The notes: generated from the letters alone by a model not told the origin. A DNA stretch of 32,573 nt from Candidatus Nomurabacteria bacterium (GCA_007117675.1 SKGB01000052.1:1-32573), one strand, 5' to 3'. Counted from the stretch's first letter, positions 17,065 to 26,331 are shown. A program made the numbers and translations.

Positions 17065-17838
17065 ATGACATGGTCAACAAAAAGAAAGTTTTTCTATATT
17101 GGAGGATTTATTATAATTCTTTTGTTTTTTCTTTTACTTATATTGCAACCACGAATTAACAAAGATTCAGACTGTTTTGATGGAATTCAAAATGGGTCTG
17201 AGACAGGTGTTGACTGTGGTGGGTCTTGTTTGAGATTTTGTGCAGACCAAGCCCTCGATTTGTCTACTCGGTGGTCTCGGGTGTTTCGTGTAATTCCAGG
17301 GCGTTACAATGTTGCTGCACTTGTAGAAAATCAAAATCAAGACGCTGCCATTGCTCGTATTTCCTATGAGTTTCGATTGTATGATGAAAATAATATTTTT
17401 ATTGCACGACGAAGCGGTGCAACATACATCCCTCCCAATGGTAGATTCTTAATCTTTGAGCCAGCCATTAGTACAGGTGATAGAATAGCGGTTCGATCTG
17501 ATTTTACTTTTACACAAAGACCTGATTGGTTGCAGGTTTTTGATACAATCCCAAATATCTCTGTCTCTGGGATAAGATCGCAGGATATTTTCTTGAAACC
17601 TCAAGTAACAGCGGTTGTGACAAATACTTCTACTACCGATTTATATGACATTGATGTTGCTGTTATTGTCTATGACGAGCAAGAAAATGTACTCACTACA
17701 AGTTTTACTTTTATTGAAGAGCTGTCTCGAGGTTTAGGGCATGATGTCTTTTTTACATGGCAAGAGCCGTTTTCAGAAGCACCTGCCAGAATAGAAGTGT
17801 TACCGTTTGTGAATGTTTATACAAGTAAAAGATTTTAA
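17065..17838 (+). CDS. Hypothetical membrane-anchored protein with Cys-rich motif
   Basis: 257 aa. An N-terminal TM helix (FFYIGGFIIILLFFLLLIL) is followed by CFDGIQNGSETGVDCGGSCLRFC. The rest has no family I recognise. The SEDS gene starts 5 nt after its stop. Confidence 0.7.
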   Translation: MTWSTKRKFFYIGGFIIILLFFLLLILQPRINKDSDCFDGIQNGSETGVDCGGSCLRFCADQALDLSTRWSRVFRVIPGRYNVAALVENQNQDAAIARISYEFRLYDENNIFIARRSGATYIPPNGRFLIFEPAISTGDRIAVRSDFTFTQRPDWLQVFDTIPNISVSGIRSQDIFLKPQVTAVVTNTSTTDLYDIDVAVIVYDEQENVLTTSFTFIEELSRGLGHDVFFTWQEPFSEAPARIEVLPFVNVYTSKRF

Positions 17839-17843
17839 TAGGT

Positions 17844-18965
17844 ATGTTTAGTTTGAAAAAACAAAACATAGACTGGCTTTTGGTTGCTTGCATTATTCCC
17901 ATTGTTGGTGCGGGTGTTTTAACTATGTCATCTTTTGTTGGGAATGATATTTATTTTATGCGACAGGTGATTTGGTTTTTGATATCATTTACTGTATTTC
18001 TAGGTCTTTCGTCGATTGATTTTCGTTTTTTGAAACAGAGTAATTTTTTGATTATTTTGTATGCGTGTTCTTTGGTTTTTCTTGGTTTAATTTTTGTTCT
18101 TGGTATAGACGCGAAAGGTGCAACCCGCTGGCTTTCTATTGGTTCTGTTTCGATTCAGGTTTCTGACTTTGTGAAGCTTATCCTTATTATTATTTTGGCT
18201 AAGTATTTTTCTCGACGTCATGTTGAGATTAAAAACATCAAACATCTTTTTATTTCTGGGATATATATGGCGCTACCGGTAGGTCTTGTTTTTCTACAAC
18301 CTGATTTTGGTACAGCGCTCATTTTGTTTTTTATTTGGTTTGTTATGACACTTGTGTCTGGAATATCTAAAAAACACCTTGCTATTGTTTTCGGCGTAGG
18401 TCTCGTATTAGTTACTGTGTTGTGGACATCTGTTTTGCAAGATTACCAGAAAAACAGAATAACAAGCTTTTTAAATCCTTTGTCTGATATTCAAGGAACA
18501 GGGTATAATGCCTATCAATCAACCATAGCTGTTGGTTCAGGTCAGATATTGGGAAAAGGTGTTGGGTATGGTACGCAGTCAAGGTTGAAATTTTTACCTG
18601 AATATCATACAGATTTTATATTTGCAGCCTTTGCTGAAGAATGGGGTTTTGTGGGGGTTATGATTTTGTTCATATTGTACTGTGTTATTATTTGGAGAAT
18701 TTTGCGCGCTGCTCGATATGGGGCAACTAACTTTGAAATGTTGTATGCTGTGGGGCTTGCTATGTTGTTTTCTGTGCATATTATAGTAAATATAGGTATG
18801 AACATTGGGTATTTACCCGTTACAGGACTGACACTTCCTTTTATGTCCTATGGTGGGTCACATATGCTCATGTCATTTATTGGTTTGGGTATTCTCATGG
18901 GTTTAAGAAGAAATGAAAGATCTATTCATCGTGATGATATGTCAAAAGAGTTTTTAGGTTTGTGA
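17844..18965 (+). CDS. SEDS-family peptidoglycan glycosyltransferase (FtsW/RodA/SpoVE)
   Basis: 373 aa and polytopic. Motifs GATRW, IQVSDFVKL, LQPDFGTAL, LGKGVGYGTQSRLKFLPEYHTDFIFAAFAEEWGFVG and GLTLPFMSYGGS are typical of SEDS proteins. Confidence 0.92.
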   Translation: MFSLKKQNIDWLLVACIIPIVGAGVLTMSSFVGNDIYFMRQVIWFLISFTVFLGLSSIDFRFLKQSNFLIILYACSLVFLGLIFVLGIDAKGATRWLSIGSVSIQVSDFVKLILIIILAKYFSRRHVEIKNIKHLFISGIYMALPVGLVFLQPDFGTALILFFIWFVMTLVSGISKKHLAIVFGVGLVLVTVLWTSVLQDYQKNRITSFLNPLSDIQGTGYNAYQSTIAVGSGQILGKGVGYGTQSRLKFLPEYHTDFIFAAFAEEWGFVGVMILFILYCVIIWRILRAARYGATNFEMLYAVGLAMLFSVHIIVNIGMNIGYLPVTGLTLPFMSYGGSHMLMSFIGLGILMGLRRNERSIHRDDMSKEFLGL

Positions 18966-18968
18966 GAT

Positions 18969-19805
18969 ATGGCAATAAAAATTGACGGAAGAAAAATTCA
19001 AAATGATATTAAAAAAAAGTTAATTCAAAAAATTGACGGTTTTTCTGTACGTCCCACGATTGCTATTATTTTTGTGGGGAGCGATAAGGGTTCGGAGCAA
19101 TATATTCGTATGAAAAAAAAGTTTGGAGAAATGATAGGTATTCGTGTTGATATTTTTCATTTTTTTGAATCAACAGATGAAAAAATTATCAAGGTGGTAG
19201 AAGGAGTTTCTCGTACTCATACTGGCGTAATGATTCAGCTTCCACTTCCAGACAATATTGACACAAAAAAAGTCTTACAAGCAATTCCTCAAGAAAAAGA
19301 TGTTGACGTGTTGCAAAAACCTAAACATGTATTTTCTGATACAGTGTTGTATTCACCTGTTGCCACTGCTTTTGAATATGTTTTGAAAGAAGTTGGTGTT
19401 GATTTGAATACCTGTAAAAAAAAAATAGCGCTGGTCGGTTTTGGAAAAACTGTGGGAGCTCCTATTTTTTATTTACTTCAAGATAAGGGTGTGAAGCCAA
19501 TCGTTATCCAAAAAGACACTTCTTTGAAAGATAGGTACAATATCCTTCGTTCATCTGACATTATAGTGTCGGGGGTTGGTACGCACGGTGTTGTAAACGA
19601 AGACATGATTTCAGATGGGTCTATTTGTATTGATGTTGGTTTTTCTCTAGATGAGAAAGGACAAACAGTTGGTGACTTTACTTTTGAGGCATATGAAAAA
19701 TCTTCATTTTTCAGTCCTGTTCCGGGAGGTGTTGGGCCTGTTGGTATAGTTGCATTATTCGAAAATCTTTGTAAACTTCATGAAATTTTCTCTGAGTCTA
19801 GATAG
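18969..19805 (+). CDS. folD: Bifunctional methylenetetrahydrofolate dehydrogenase/cyclohydrolase
   Basis: 278 aa with IDGRKI, PTIAIIFVGSDKGSEQYIRMKKK, VMIQLPLP, VGFGKTVGAPI and PVPGGVGPVGIVALFENL, the FolD motifs. Confidence 0.9.
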   Translation: MAIKIDGRKIQNDIKKKLIQKIDGFSVRPTIAIIFVGSDKGSEQYIRMKKKFGEMIGIRVDIFHFFESTDEKIIKVVEGVSRTHTGVMIQLPLPDNIDTKKVLQAIPQEKDVDVLQKPKHVFSDTVLYSPVATAFEYVLKEVGVDLNTCKKKIALVGFGKTVGAPIFYLLQDKGVKPIVIQKDTSLKDRYNILRSSDIIVSGVGTHGVVNEDMISDGSICIDVGFSLDEKGQTVGDFTFEAYEKSSFFSPVPGGVGPVGIVALFENLCKLHEIFSESR

Positions 19806-19830
19806 TGCGGTATACTTATAAATATATATA

Positions 19831-20349
19831 ATGAATATTGCTATTACTTCTTTTTTAAATAGTTTTGCGCATGTCTCTGTAGTAATAGATGTGTTAGTTA
19901 TTTTTAGTGCACGAATACTTCCTTGGTTGTTTCTCTTTTTTTTCTTTTTAGAGACACTTTTACTTCACACAAGAAATGTAAAACCTTTTTTGTATGCTTT
20001 TGTGGTATTTTTGCTTTCCATAAAAATAACAGCACTTATTAAATTTTTTGTTGCATTGCCTCGACCGTTTGAATTTCTTGAAATTATCAACCCTTTATTT
20101 ATCTATAAAGATCTTGGTTCTTTTCCTTCTGGGCATGCTCTAGTTTTTTTTGCTTTAGCTATGTATTCACGACATATTCATAGCAAATTCTCAACATGGT
20201 ACTTTTTGAGTGCTTTTCTGATCTCTCTTTCACGGGTGATTGCTGGTGTTCATTTTGCTTATGATATTATTTTTGGTGCTTTTTTGGGAATACTCCTTTC
20301 ATATACCATTGTTCATATTTTAAAGCACGGCACATTAGAAGATGTTTAG
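19831..20349 (+). CDS. PAP2-family phosphatase (undecaprenyl-diphosphatase-like)
   Basis: 172 aa, membrane protein. PAP2 motifs KxxxxxPRP (KFFVALPRP), PSGH (SFPSGHA) and SRxxxxxHxxxD (SRVIAGVHFAYD). Confidence 0.85.
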   Translation: MNIAITSFLNSFAHVSVVIDVLVIFSARILPWLFLFFFFLETLLLHTRNVKPFLYAFVVFLLSIKITALIKFFVALPRPFEFLEIINPLFIYKDLGSFPSGHALVFFALAMYSRHIHSKFSTWYFLSAFLISLSRVIAGVHFAYDIIFGAFLGILLSYTIVHILKHGTLEDV

Positions 20350-20390
20350 TCAAGTGGTGTCTCGTGCTAAAAACAGTACAATAAAGAGGT

Positions 20391-21755
20391 ATGATTAGAA
20401 CAAAATTAATAGCGATAGGGATTATTGGAATAGGTATTTTATTAGGTCTTTTTGTGTACAATAGTCAACCGGGACTTGGTTTTTCAGGGAATTTTGAAGA
20501 TGCTCAGTACCGTTTTCGGTTAGGGCTTGATTTGGCTGGCGGAACACAACTGGTGTATAGGGCTGATGTTTCTGAAATAGATCAGCGTGAAGTTTCTGGT
20601 GCAATGGAAACACTTAAGCGCGTGATTGAAAGAAGAATAAATCCACTTGGTCAACAAGAAACAAATGTTCAAATTCAAGAAGCTAGTCTGATTAATGAAG
20701 GAGAGCATAGAATTATTATAGAGATTCCTGGCGTCACCGATGTTGCGCAAGCAAAGCAGTTGATAGGAGAGACTCCTTTACTTGAATTTAAAATTGTTCG
20801 AGATGATATTGACTTTGAGTCTGTTGATTTTGAAACTGTTGCTGTAGATGATTTATACGAGTCAACTCCTCTTACGGGTCGTTTTCTTCGTGGAGCTCAA
20901 CTTCAGTTTAATCAGTCTCAAATGGCAGGCGGGTTTGGGCAAGGTCCTGCAGAAGCGGTTGTTGTTTTACAGTTTGATTCTGAAGGTTCTGATTTGTTCG
21001 CTGAAATTACTCGAAATAACATTGGAAAACAGGTTGCGATATTTCTTGACGGGATACCTATTTCTGTTCCGACAGTTCGTGAAGAAATAACAGGGGGTGA
21101 AGCTGTTATCTCTGGTAATTTTACACCTGAAAGCGCTCGAGACCTTGCTCAACAATTAAGTTTCGGTGCGTTACCTGTTCCTATTGAAGAAATATCAACA
21201 CAAACAATAGGTGCGTCACTTGGTGCACAGGCTATTGAATCTGGTGTGCGAGCTGGTTTGATAGGTCTTCTTATCTTAGCTTTATTCTTTATTGCTTGGT
21301 ACCGTTTACCAGGGCTTGTTGCTGTGGTTGCGCTTGGTTTTTACGGTCTTGTTATGTTTAGTTTGTTTAAGGTTATCCCTGTTACCTTGACCGCTGCGGG
21401 TATTGCAGGATTTATCATTTCTCTTGGTATTGCGGTTGATGCAAACGTGTTGATATTCGAACGTTTGAAAGAAGAAATGCGAAAAGGAAATACCTTAGAT
21501 TTTTCAGTACGAGAAGGATTTTCTCGAGCATGGCTTTCTATTCGTGACTCAAATCTCTCAAGTATTATTACCGCTGTTATTTTGTTTTGGTTCGGATCCT
21601 CACTTATCAAAGGTTTTGCGATAACCTTTGGGTTGGGTGTGTTTGTTTCCATGATCTCAGCAATTACTGTTACTCGAATTTTATTGCTGGCTATCGCTGG
21701 TACAAAAAATGGTCGCCTTATCAGAACTTTGTTTGCTAGTGGATTCACTAAATAA
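20391..21755 (+). CDS. secD: Protein translocase subunit SecD
   Basis: 454 aa with LGLDLAGGTQLVY, a periplasmic domain, and a C-terminal 6-TM region with AGIAGFIISLGIAVDANVLIFERLKEE. AAGAGG lies 3-8 nt upstream of the ATG, one of the few clear SD sites in the window. Confidence 0.93.
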   Translation: MIRTKLIAIGIIGIGILLGLFVYNSQPGLGFSGNFEDAQYRFRLGLDLAGGTQLVYRADVSEIDQREVSGAMETLKRVIERRINPLGQQETNVQIQEASLINEGEHRIIIEIPGVTDVAQAKQLIGETPLLEFKIVRDDIDFESVDFETVAVDDLYESTPLTGRFLRGAQLQFNQSQMAGGFGQGPAEAVVVLQFDSEGSDLFAEITRNNIGKQVAIFLDGIPISVPTVREEITGGEAVISGNFTPESARDLAQQLSFGALPVPIEEISTQTIGASLGAQAIESGVRAGLIGLLILALFFIAWYRLPGLVAVVALGFYGLVMFSLFKVIPVTLTAAGIAGFIISLGIAVDANVLIFERLKEEMRKGNTLDFSVREGFSRAWLSIRDSNLSSIITAVILFWFGSSLIKGFAITFGLGVFVSMISAITVTRILLLAIAGTKNGRLIRTLFASGFTK

Positions 21756-21760
21756 TTACT

Positions 21761-22678
21761 ATGTTTGTTATTACACATAAAAAAATATTCTTACTTATCT
21801 CTCTTGTTCTTTCAATCGCATCTCTACTTTTTGTTTTTCTAAGAGGTTTACCGATGGGGATTGATTTTGTGGGAGGTTCACTTACTGAAGTTACGTATCA
21901 AATCCCTGCTGATTCTGAAAATCTTGGATTTCGGTCTTTTGATATAGAAACCGCTTTGCAGGGTGTTGGTTTTACGAGTGTGCTTGTACAACCAACAGAA
22001 GAAACTGGATTTTTTATTCGAACATTAGCTTTGTCAGAATCTGAAAGAGTACTACTTCTTGAAACTCTAGAGACACTTGGTTCTTTTGAAGAAGATTCAT
22101 TTACTTCGATAGGCCCTTCACTTGGTCGTGAGTTGCAAAACAAAGCCTTGATTGCACTCATTGTGGTTGCTTTGGCTATCATTATGTTTATCGCCTATGT
22201 GTTTCGAAGTGTTTCAAAACCTGTGTCTTCTTGGAAATATGGTTTTGTTGCTGTTGTGACACTTCTTCACGATGTTATCCTAACCGCTGGAGCTTTTGGA
22301 CTCCTCAGTATGTTTATGGTTGATGTTGAGGTGAATGCCTTGTTTGTTGTTGCTCTTCTTACTGTACTGGGTCTTTCTGTAAATGACACGATTGTTGTAT
22401 TTGATAGAATCAGAGAAAATCTTAAAGAAAATAATGGCAAAAAACCTTTTAAAGAGGTTGTTGGAAAAAGTTTGTCTGAAACATATACTCGTTCAATCAA
22501 CACGTCACTATCTACACTCATTGTGTTAATTGTACTTGCGATTGTAGGTCCTGCTTCAACAAAGGTCTTTGCGCTTACGCTAGCTTTTGGTATGTTTTTT
22601 GGAACATATTCATCTATCTTTTTAGCAAGCCCGCTTCTTGTTTTGTTGTCAGAGAAGGCGGTGTCTCAAAAAGATTAG
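21761..22678 (+). CDS. secF: Protein translocase subunit SecF
   Basis: 305 aa with GIDFVGGS and LHDVILTAGAFGLL..LTVLGLSVNDTIVVFDRIRENL. It directly follows secD. Confidence 0.93.
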   Translation: MFVITHKKIFLLISLVLSIASLLFVFLRGLPMGIDFVGGSLTEVTYQIPADSENLGFRSFDIETALQGVGFTSVLVQPTEETGFFIRTLALSESERVLLLETLETLGSFEEDSFTSIGPSLGRELQNKALIALIVVALAIIMFIAYVFRSVSKPVSSWKYGFVAVVTLLHDVILTAGAFGLLSMFMVDVEVNALFVVALLTVLGLSVNDTIVVFDRIRENLKENNGKKPFKEVVGKSLSETYTRSINTSLSTLIVLIVLAIVGPASTKVFALTLAFGMFFGTYSSIFLASPLLVLLSEKAVSQKD

Positions 22679-22697
22679 TGTTTTTCTGGCTGATATT

Positions 22698-22706
22698 TGG
22701 TATAAT
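22698..22706 (+). promoter_or_regulatory. Extended -10 promoter TGGTATAAT upstream of lemA
   Basis: Exact TGGTATAAT 36 nt upstream of the ATG at 22743. Confidence 0.5.
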
Positions 22707-22742
22707 TTTATAAGGTTATTTATAAAGTATTTCTAAAAAATT

Positions 22743-23291
22743 ATGATTATATTAATTATTATCCTTGCAGTTGCTGTTTTATGGGCTATTGCAACATATA
22801 ACGGATTTATTCGATTGCGAACACATAAAGACGAAGCATGGGCTGATATTGATGTTCAGCTTAAGCGTCGATATGATCTTATCCCAAATCTAATAGAGGC
22901 GGTGAAGGGGTATGCTTCTCACGAGCAGGGTGTTTTTACTAAGGTAACAGAAGCTCGTTCTCAAGCGATGCAAGCAGGTACTGTTGCCGAGCACAACGAA
23001 GCTGACAACATGCTTTCAAACACTTTGAAATCTTTGTTTGCTGTTGCGGAAAATTATCCAGATTTGAAAGCAAATCAAAACTTTCTTGAATTACAGAGAG
23101 AGCTTTCAGATACAGAAAACAAAATTCAAGCAGCTCGACGATTTTATAATGGAAACGTGAAAGCTTTGAATATTAAGGTAGAAACATTCCCAAGTAATAT
23201 TATTGCAAAGATGGCTAAGTTTGAAAAAGCAGTGTTCTTTGAACTTCAGGAGGGAAGTGAAGAGCGAGAAAATGTAAAAGTAAGTTTTTAA
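22743..23291 (+). CDS. lemA: LemA family protein
   Basis: 182 aa. An N-terminal TM helix is followed by YNGFIRLR..EAWADIDVQLKRRYDLIPNLIE..YASHE..VTEAR..ENYPDLKANQNF..LQ..L..TENKI..AR..YN, matching the LemA family. Confidence 0.9.
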   Translation: MIILIIILAVAVLWAIATYNGFIRLRTHKDEAWADIDVQLKRRYDLIPNLIEAVKGYASHEQGVFTKVTEARSQAMQAGTVAEHNEADNMLSNTLKSLFAVAENYPDLKANQNFLELQRELSDTENKIQAARRFYNGNVKALNIKVETFPSNIIAKMAKFEKAVFFELQEGSEERENVKVSF

Positions 23292-23298
23292 TATTATG

Positions 23299-23336
23299 GA
23301 TATAAAAGACCTTATTCACATAAGGTCTTTTATATC
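23299..23336 (+). terminator. Intrinsic terminator after lemA
   Basis: GATATAAAAGACCTTA ttcaca TAAGGTCTTTTATATC, a 16-bp stem. Confidence 0.8.
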
Positions 23337-23389
23337 GTGATATTATTAATTCAATATTTATTAATTTATTTATTTATATCTTTTTATTC

Positions 23390-24397
23390 ATGAGTTCATA
23401 TACAAAAAAAATTCTAGGCCTTGGAGTGGCGTCTGTTGCTCTCTTGTCTTTGGTTAACACAGCTACAATTTTGCAAATTTTACCTTCTGATGCAATGAAT
23501 CAGTCTGCTCGAGCAATAAACTCTGTTAGAGGTGGTGTTGTGGGTAGTTCTGTAGATCGGACCAATTTGAGTCAATCAGCCTCTATGGCAGAACTTCAAA
23601 GTAGTTGTAATAATAGTCAAGGTGCGGAATCTGGTCGTTGGGCACAAATAGTAACTCCAGAAAATTACAATCAGTTTTCTGTAGGAGATACTATGAATAT
23701 TAGAATTGTTATATGTGATATTATTGGTGCTGATGCAGATCGTGAATACGGTTTATTTACTAGAAATATTGAGACTAATACTGTTTCTCATTTAGTACCT
23801 TACACAACAAACGCCAATACTCTTAGTCTTGGTTCCATATCCAATCAATATGCACCTTTAAAAATTTGGCAAATTCCCAATGTTGATGTAGGTGCTCCTG
23901 GATTTTATCAAATAGAATTTCATTTGCATGTAGATACTGTAGGGGATCCGTATAGTGCTTCATGGAATGGGGCTTCTGCTGTTTCTAATTATTCTGTTGG
24001 AGGGACTGTTGAGAGTATGTCAAATGGTGTGTGTAATATGGAAGTCTTGTATCCATTTACAGAAACTGTTTTGAGTGCTGGCGGTACAAGTAATGTGTTA
24101 ATTAAAGTTACTCATCCTAATATTTCTAATTGTGGCTGGGCTGTGCTTGAGGGTGAGGCGGGAAATATCACTTCAACAAATATCTCCGGATTCAACACTT
24201 CAATCTTGTCTGCTGTTAATGTTGGTACGTGGTTGTATGACATAATGAATGGTTTACCAACATACTGGCTTGCTCAAATAGAAATACCATTAGCAACACC
24301 TCCTGGTAACTATTCTTTGCTCTTGTCTGATAATAATCAAGCTGATTTTCCTGAAGGTGTTACTACTCAATTTGTCTTACCAATAACTGTGCAATAA
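23390..24397 (+). CDS. Hypothetical secreted or anchored protein
   Basis: 335 aa. Signal-like N-terminus KKILGLGVASVALLSLVNTATIL. No family recognised. It has its own TGaTATTAT element at 23338-23346 and its own terminator. Confidence 0.65.
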   Translation: MSSYTKKILGLGVASVALLSLVNTATILQILPSDAMNQSARAINSVRGGVVGSSVDRTNLSQSASMAELQSSCNNSQGAESGRWAQIVTPENYNQFSVGDTMNIRIVICDIIGADADREYGLFTRNIETNTVSHLVPYTTNANTLSLGSISNQYAPLKIWQIPNVDVGAPGFYQIEFHLHVDTVGDPYSASWNGASAVSNYSVGGTVESMSNGVCNMEVLYPFTETVLSAGGTSNVLIKVTHPNISNCGWAVLEGEAGNITSTNISGFNTSILSAVNVGTWLYDIMNGLPTYWLAQIEIPLATPPGNYSLLLSDNNQADFPEGVTTQFVLPITVQ

Positions 24398-24398
24398 T

Positions 24399-24430
24399 AA
24401 AAAACCTCTCATATGTATGAGAGGTTTTTG
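24399..24430 (+). terminator. Intrinsic terminator
   Basis: AAAAACCTCTCATA tg TATGAGAGGTTTTTG. Confidence 0.8.
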
Positions 24431-24445
24431 TTATGTTGTGAAGTC

Positions 24446-24474
24446 TTGCGGTAAGTCCTTTGTCTTTGTATACT
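24446..24474 (+). promoter_or_regulatory. Promoter TTGCGG, 17-nt spacer, TATACT, ending 6 nt before the ATG at 24481 (leaderless htpX)
   Basis: TTGCGG at 24446-24451 and TATACT at 24469-24474, then ttgtcc, then ATG. Confidence 0.5.
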
Positions 24475-24480
24475 TTGTCC

Positions 24481-25383
24481 ATGACTCTTTATCAACAACA
24501 ATCAAGTAATATTCGCAAAACATGGCTTTTGGTCACAGTGTTTTTAATCGCAACCATTGGGCTTGGTTGGTTTTTATCCTACTATTTTGGTGACCCAAGT
24601 ATTTTATATATTGCCATAGCTTTTGCTTTGGTTATGAATATGGTGTCGTATTGGTCTTCACATAAAATAGCCATTGCTGTGTCCGGTGCAAAAAAAGCAG
24701 ATGAAATTCAATATCGTGATATTCACACCATGCTTGAAAATCTTTGTATTTCACAAGGGATGCAAAAGCCCGAGCTTTACATCATACAAGACAGTGCACC
24801 AAATGCATTTGCGAGTGGTCGTAATGAAAAAAACGCTGTTGTTGCTGTGACTACAGGACTTCTGTCTGTTTTGGAGCCAAATGAAGTTGAAGGTGTTTTG
24901 GCTCATGAGCTAGCGCACATAAAAAACAAAGATATTTTGTTGGCATCTATGGTTGTTGTCTTGGTTGGGTTTATTGCTATTATCTCTGACATCCTGATTC
25001 GTTCAATGATATTTGGTCGCGGAGGAGGCGATAGAGACAACCGTCTTGGGATAATACTTGCCATAGTTGGTGTTGTTTTGGCTATTTTGTCTCCTATTAT
25101 CGCGAAACTTATTCAGCTCGCGATTTCTCGAAAACGTGAATATATGGCTGATGCAAGTGCTGCACTTATGACTCGGTATCCAGAAGGTCTTGCGAATGCT
25201 TTGCAGAAAATAGAAAACCATTATGTAACAGGAAAGTCTCCTTTGAAAAAAGGTACCAAAGCTATGGAACACATGTATATTGCCAATCCGTTTTTGGGTG
25301 GAAAAAAGAGCAGTCTGTGGAGTACACACCCTCCTACTGAAAAAAGAGTAAAGGCATTATTATCAGGACAAGTTGGTTTGTAA
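24481..25383 (+). CDS. htpX: M48-family zinc metalloprotease HtpX
   Basis: Two N-terminal TM helices, the zinc site VLAHELAHIKNKD, and the downstream REYMADASAA and HPPTEKRV motifs. The ORF-track start at 24460 is a TTG inside the promoter, so I prefer the ATG at 24481. Confidence 0.9.
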   Translation: MTLYQQQSSNIRKTWLLVTVFLIATIGLGWFLSYYFGDPSILYIAIAFALVMNMVSYWSSHKIAIAVSGAKKADEIQYRDIHTMLENLCISQGMQKPELYIIQDSAPNAFASGRNEKNAVVAVTTGLLSVLEPNEVEGVLAHELAHIKNKDILLASMVVVLVGFIAIISDILIRSMIFGRGGGDRDNRLGIILAIVGVVLAILSPIIAKLIQLAISRKREYMADASAALMTRYPEGLANALQKIENHYVTGKSPLKKGTKAMEHMYIANPFLGGKKSSLWSTHPPTEKRVKALLSGQVGL

Positions 25384-25388
25384 TACAT

Positions 25389-25643
25389 ATGGAGCAAAGA
25401 AAAAAACATTCGTACACCATACTTGCAATCGGTTGGTTTGGAACCATCCTTTTGATTCTCGCATATACTCTTAATTCTTTCGGACTCATTCCTTCGCAAG
25501 GGTTTTGGTACCCAGTGCTCAACCTTCTTGCTGCGGTTCTTTTAGGTGTTCGGGTGTATGCTGACAGAAACTACGCAAATACATTTTTGGAAATATTTTG
25601 GGGAGGTGTGGCTATCGTTTCTCTTGTTTCTCTTTTTTTGTGA
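25389..25643 (+). CDS. Small (84 aa) three-helix membrane protein, CBU_0592-like (tentative)
   Basis: The ORF starts 5 nt after the htpX stop. It has hydrophobic helices ILAIGWFGTILLILAYTL, VLNLLAAVLLGV and FWGGVAIVSLVSLFL. The family call is from memory only. Confidence 0.55.
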   Translation: MEQRKKHSYTILAIGWFGTILLILAYTLNSFGLIPSQGFWYPVLNLLAAVLLGVRVYADRNYANTFLEIFWGGVAIVSLVSLFL

Positions 25644-25649
25644 TATTAT
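25641..25649 (+). promoter_or_regulatory. Extended -10 element TGATATTAT 6 nt upstream of the ATG at 25656 (leaderless)
   Basis: The TGA stop of the upstream ORF supplies the TGn. TATTAT at 25644-25649, then tacaat, then ATG. Confidence 0.45.
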
Positions 25650-25655
25650 TACAAT

Positions 25656-26318
25656 ATGAAATATAAACTTTTTTTGAAATCATTAAGAGAGAGTTTTCTT
25701 GCTGACGTTGCGATTGTTTCTTTGGCGCTTCTGAGTATATTTTTTCTGGTCTATGAACTCACTGCGGACCTTACACTCGCTTCGGTTGAATTTATCCAAA
25801 GAGCTGATCTTATCATTGCATTTATTTTCTTGGTTGATTTTTTGATTGGTTGGCATGTGAGCGACAGTGGAAAAAAATTCTGGAGAAAGAACTGGTTTGA
25901 GCTTTTCGCTTCTATTCCATTAACTGGTGGAATATACCGATCTCTAAGAGCTTTGCGTGTCATTCGTCTCGCGCGTATTGTAAGGGCTGTTGCACGGGTT
26001 CGTCGTTTGGGTGAGGTTGCCGACTCTGTGACTCATGAAGGGTCTCGATATTTGTACATTATAACAACAGCCTTCGCTGTTATCTTTGCGGGTGCAGTGT
26101 CTTTCTTTCTTTTTGAATTCAATATCAATCCGGCCATAGAAACTTTTTTTGATGCAGTGTGGTGGGCTGTGGTAACAGCTACTACTGTGGGGTATGGTGA
26201 TTTGTATCCTGTCACTGTCGAAGGCCGAGTGGTGGGGATGATTCTCATGTTTTTTGGTATCGCGCTTGTGGGTACCACTGCCGGCCTTGCAGGAAATTAT
26301 TTTATAAAAAAGAAATAA
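25656..26318 (+). CDS. Minimal 6-TM voltage-gated-type potassium channel
   Basis: 220 aa. The S4-like arginine ladder is RSLRALRVIRLARIVRAVARVRRL and the selectivity filter is TTVGYGDLYP. There is no cytoplasmic regulatory domain. Confidence 0.88.
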   Translation: MKYKLFLKSLRESFLADVAIVSLALLSIFFLVYELTADLTLASVEFIQRADLIIAFIFLVDFLIGWHVSDSGKKFWRKNWFELFASIPLTGGIYRSLRALRVIRLARIVRAVARVRRLGEVADSVTHEGSRYLYIITTAFAVIFAGAVSFFLFEFNINPAIETFFDAVWWAVVTATTVGYGDLYPVTVEGRVVGMILMFFGIALVGTTAGLAGNYFIKKK

Positions 26319-26331
26319 TGTCTTTATAGTA

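Noticed and set aside
19418-19427. An A10 run inside folD (TGT AAA AAA AAA ATA) as a programmed slippage site.
   Set aside because: The reading frame is intact and encodes a plausible KKK in a variable FolD loop. There is no alternative-frame ORF downstream to suggest frameshifting.
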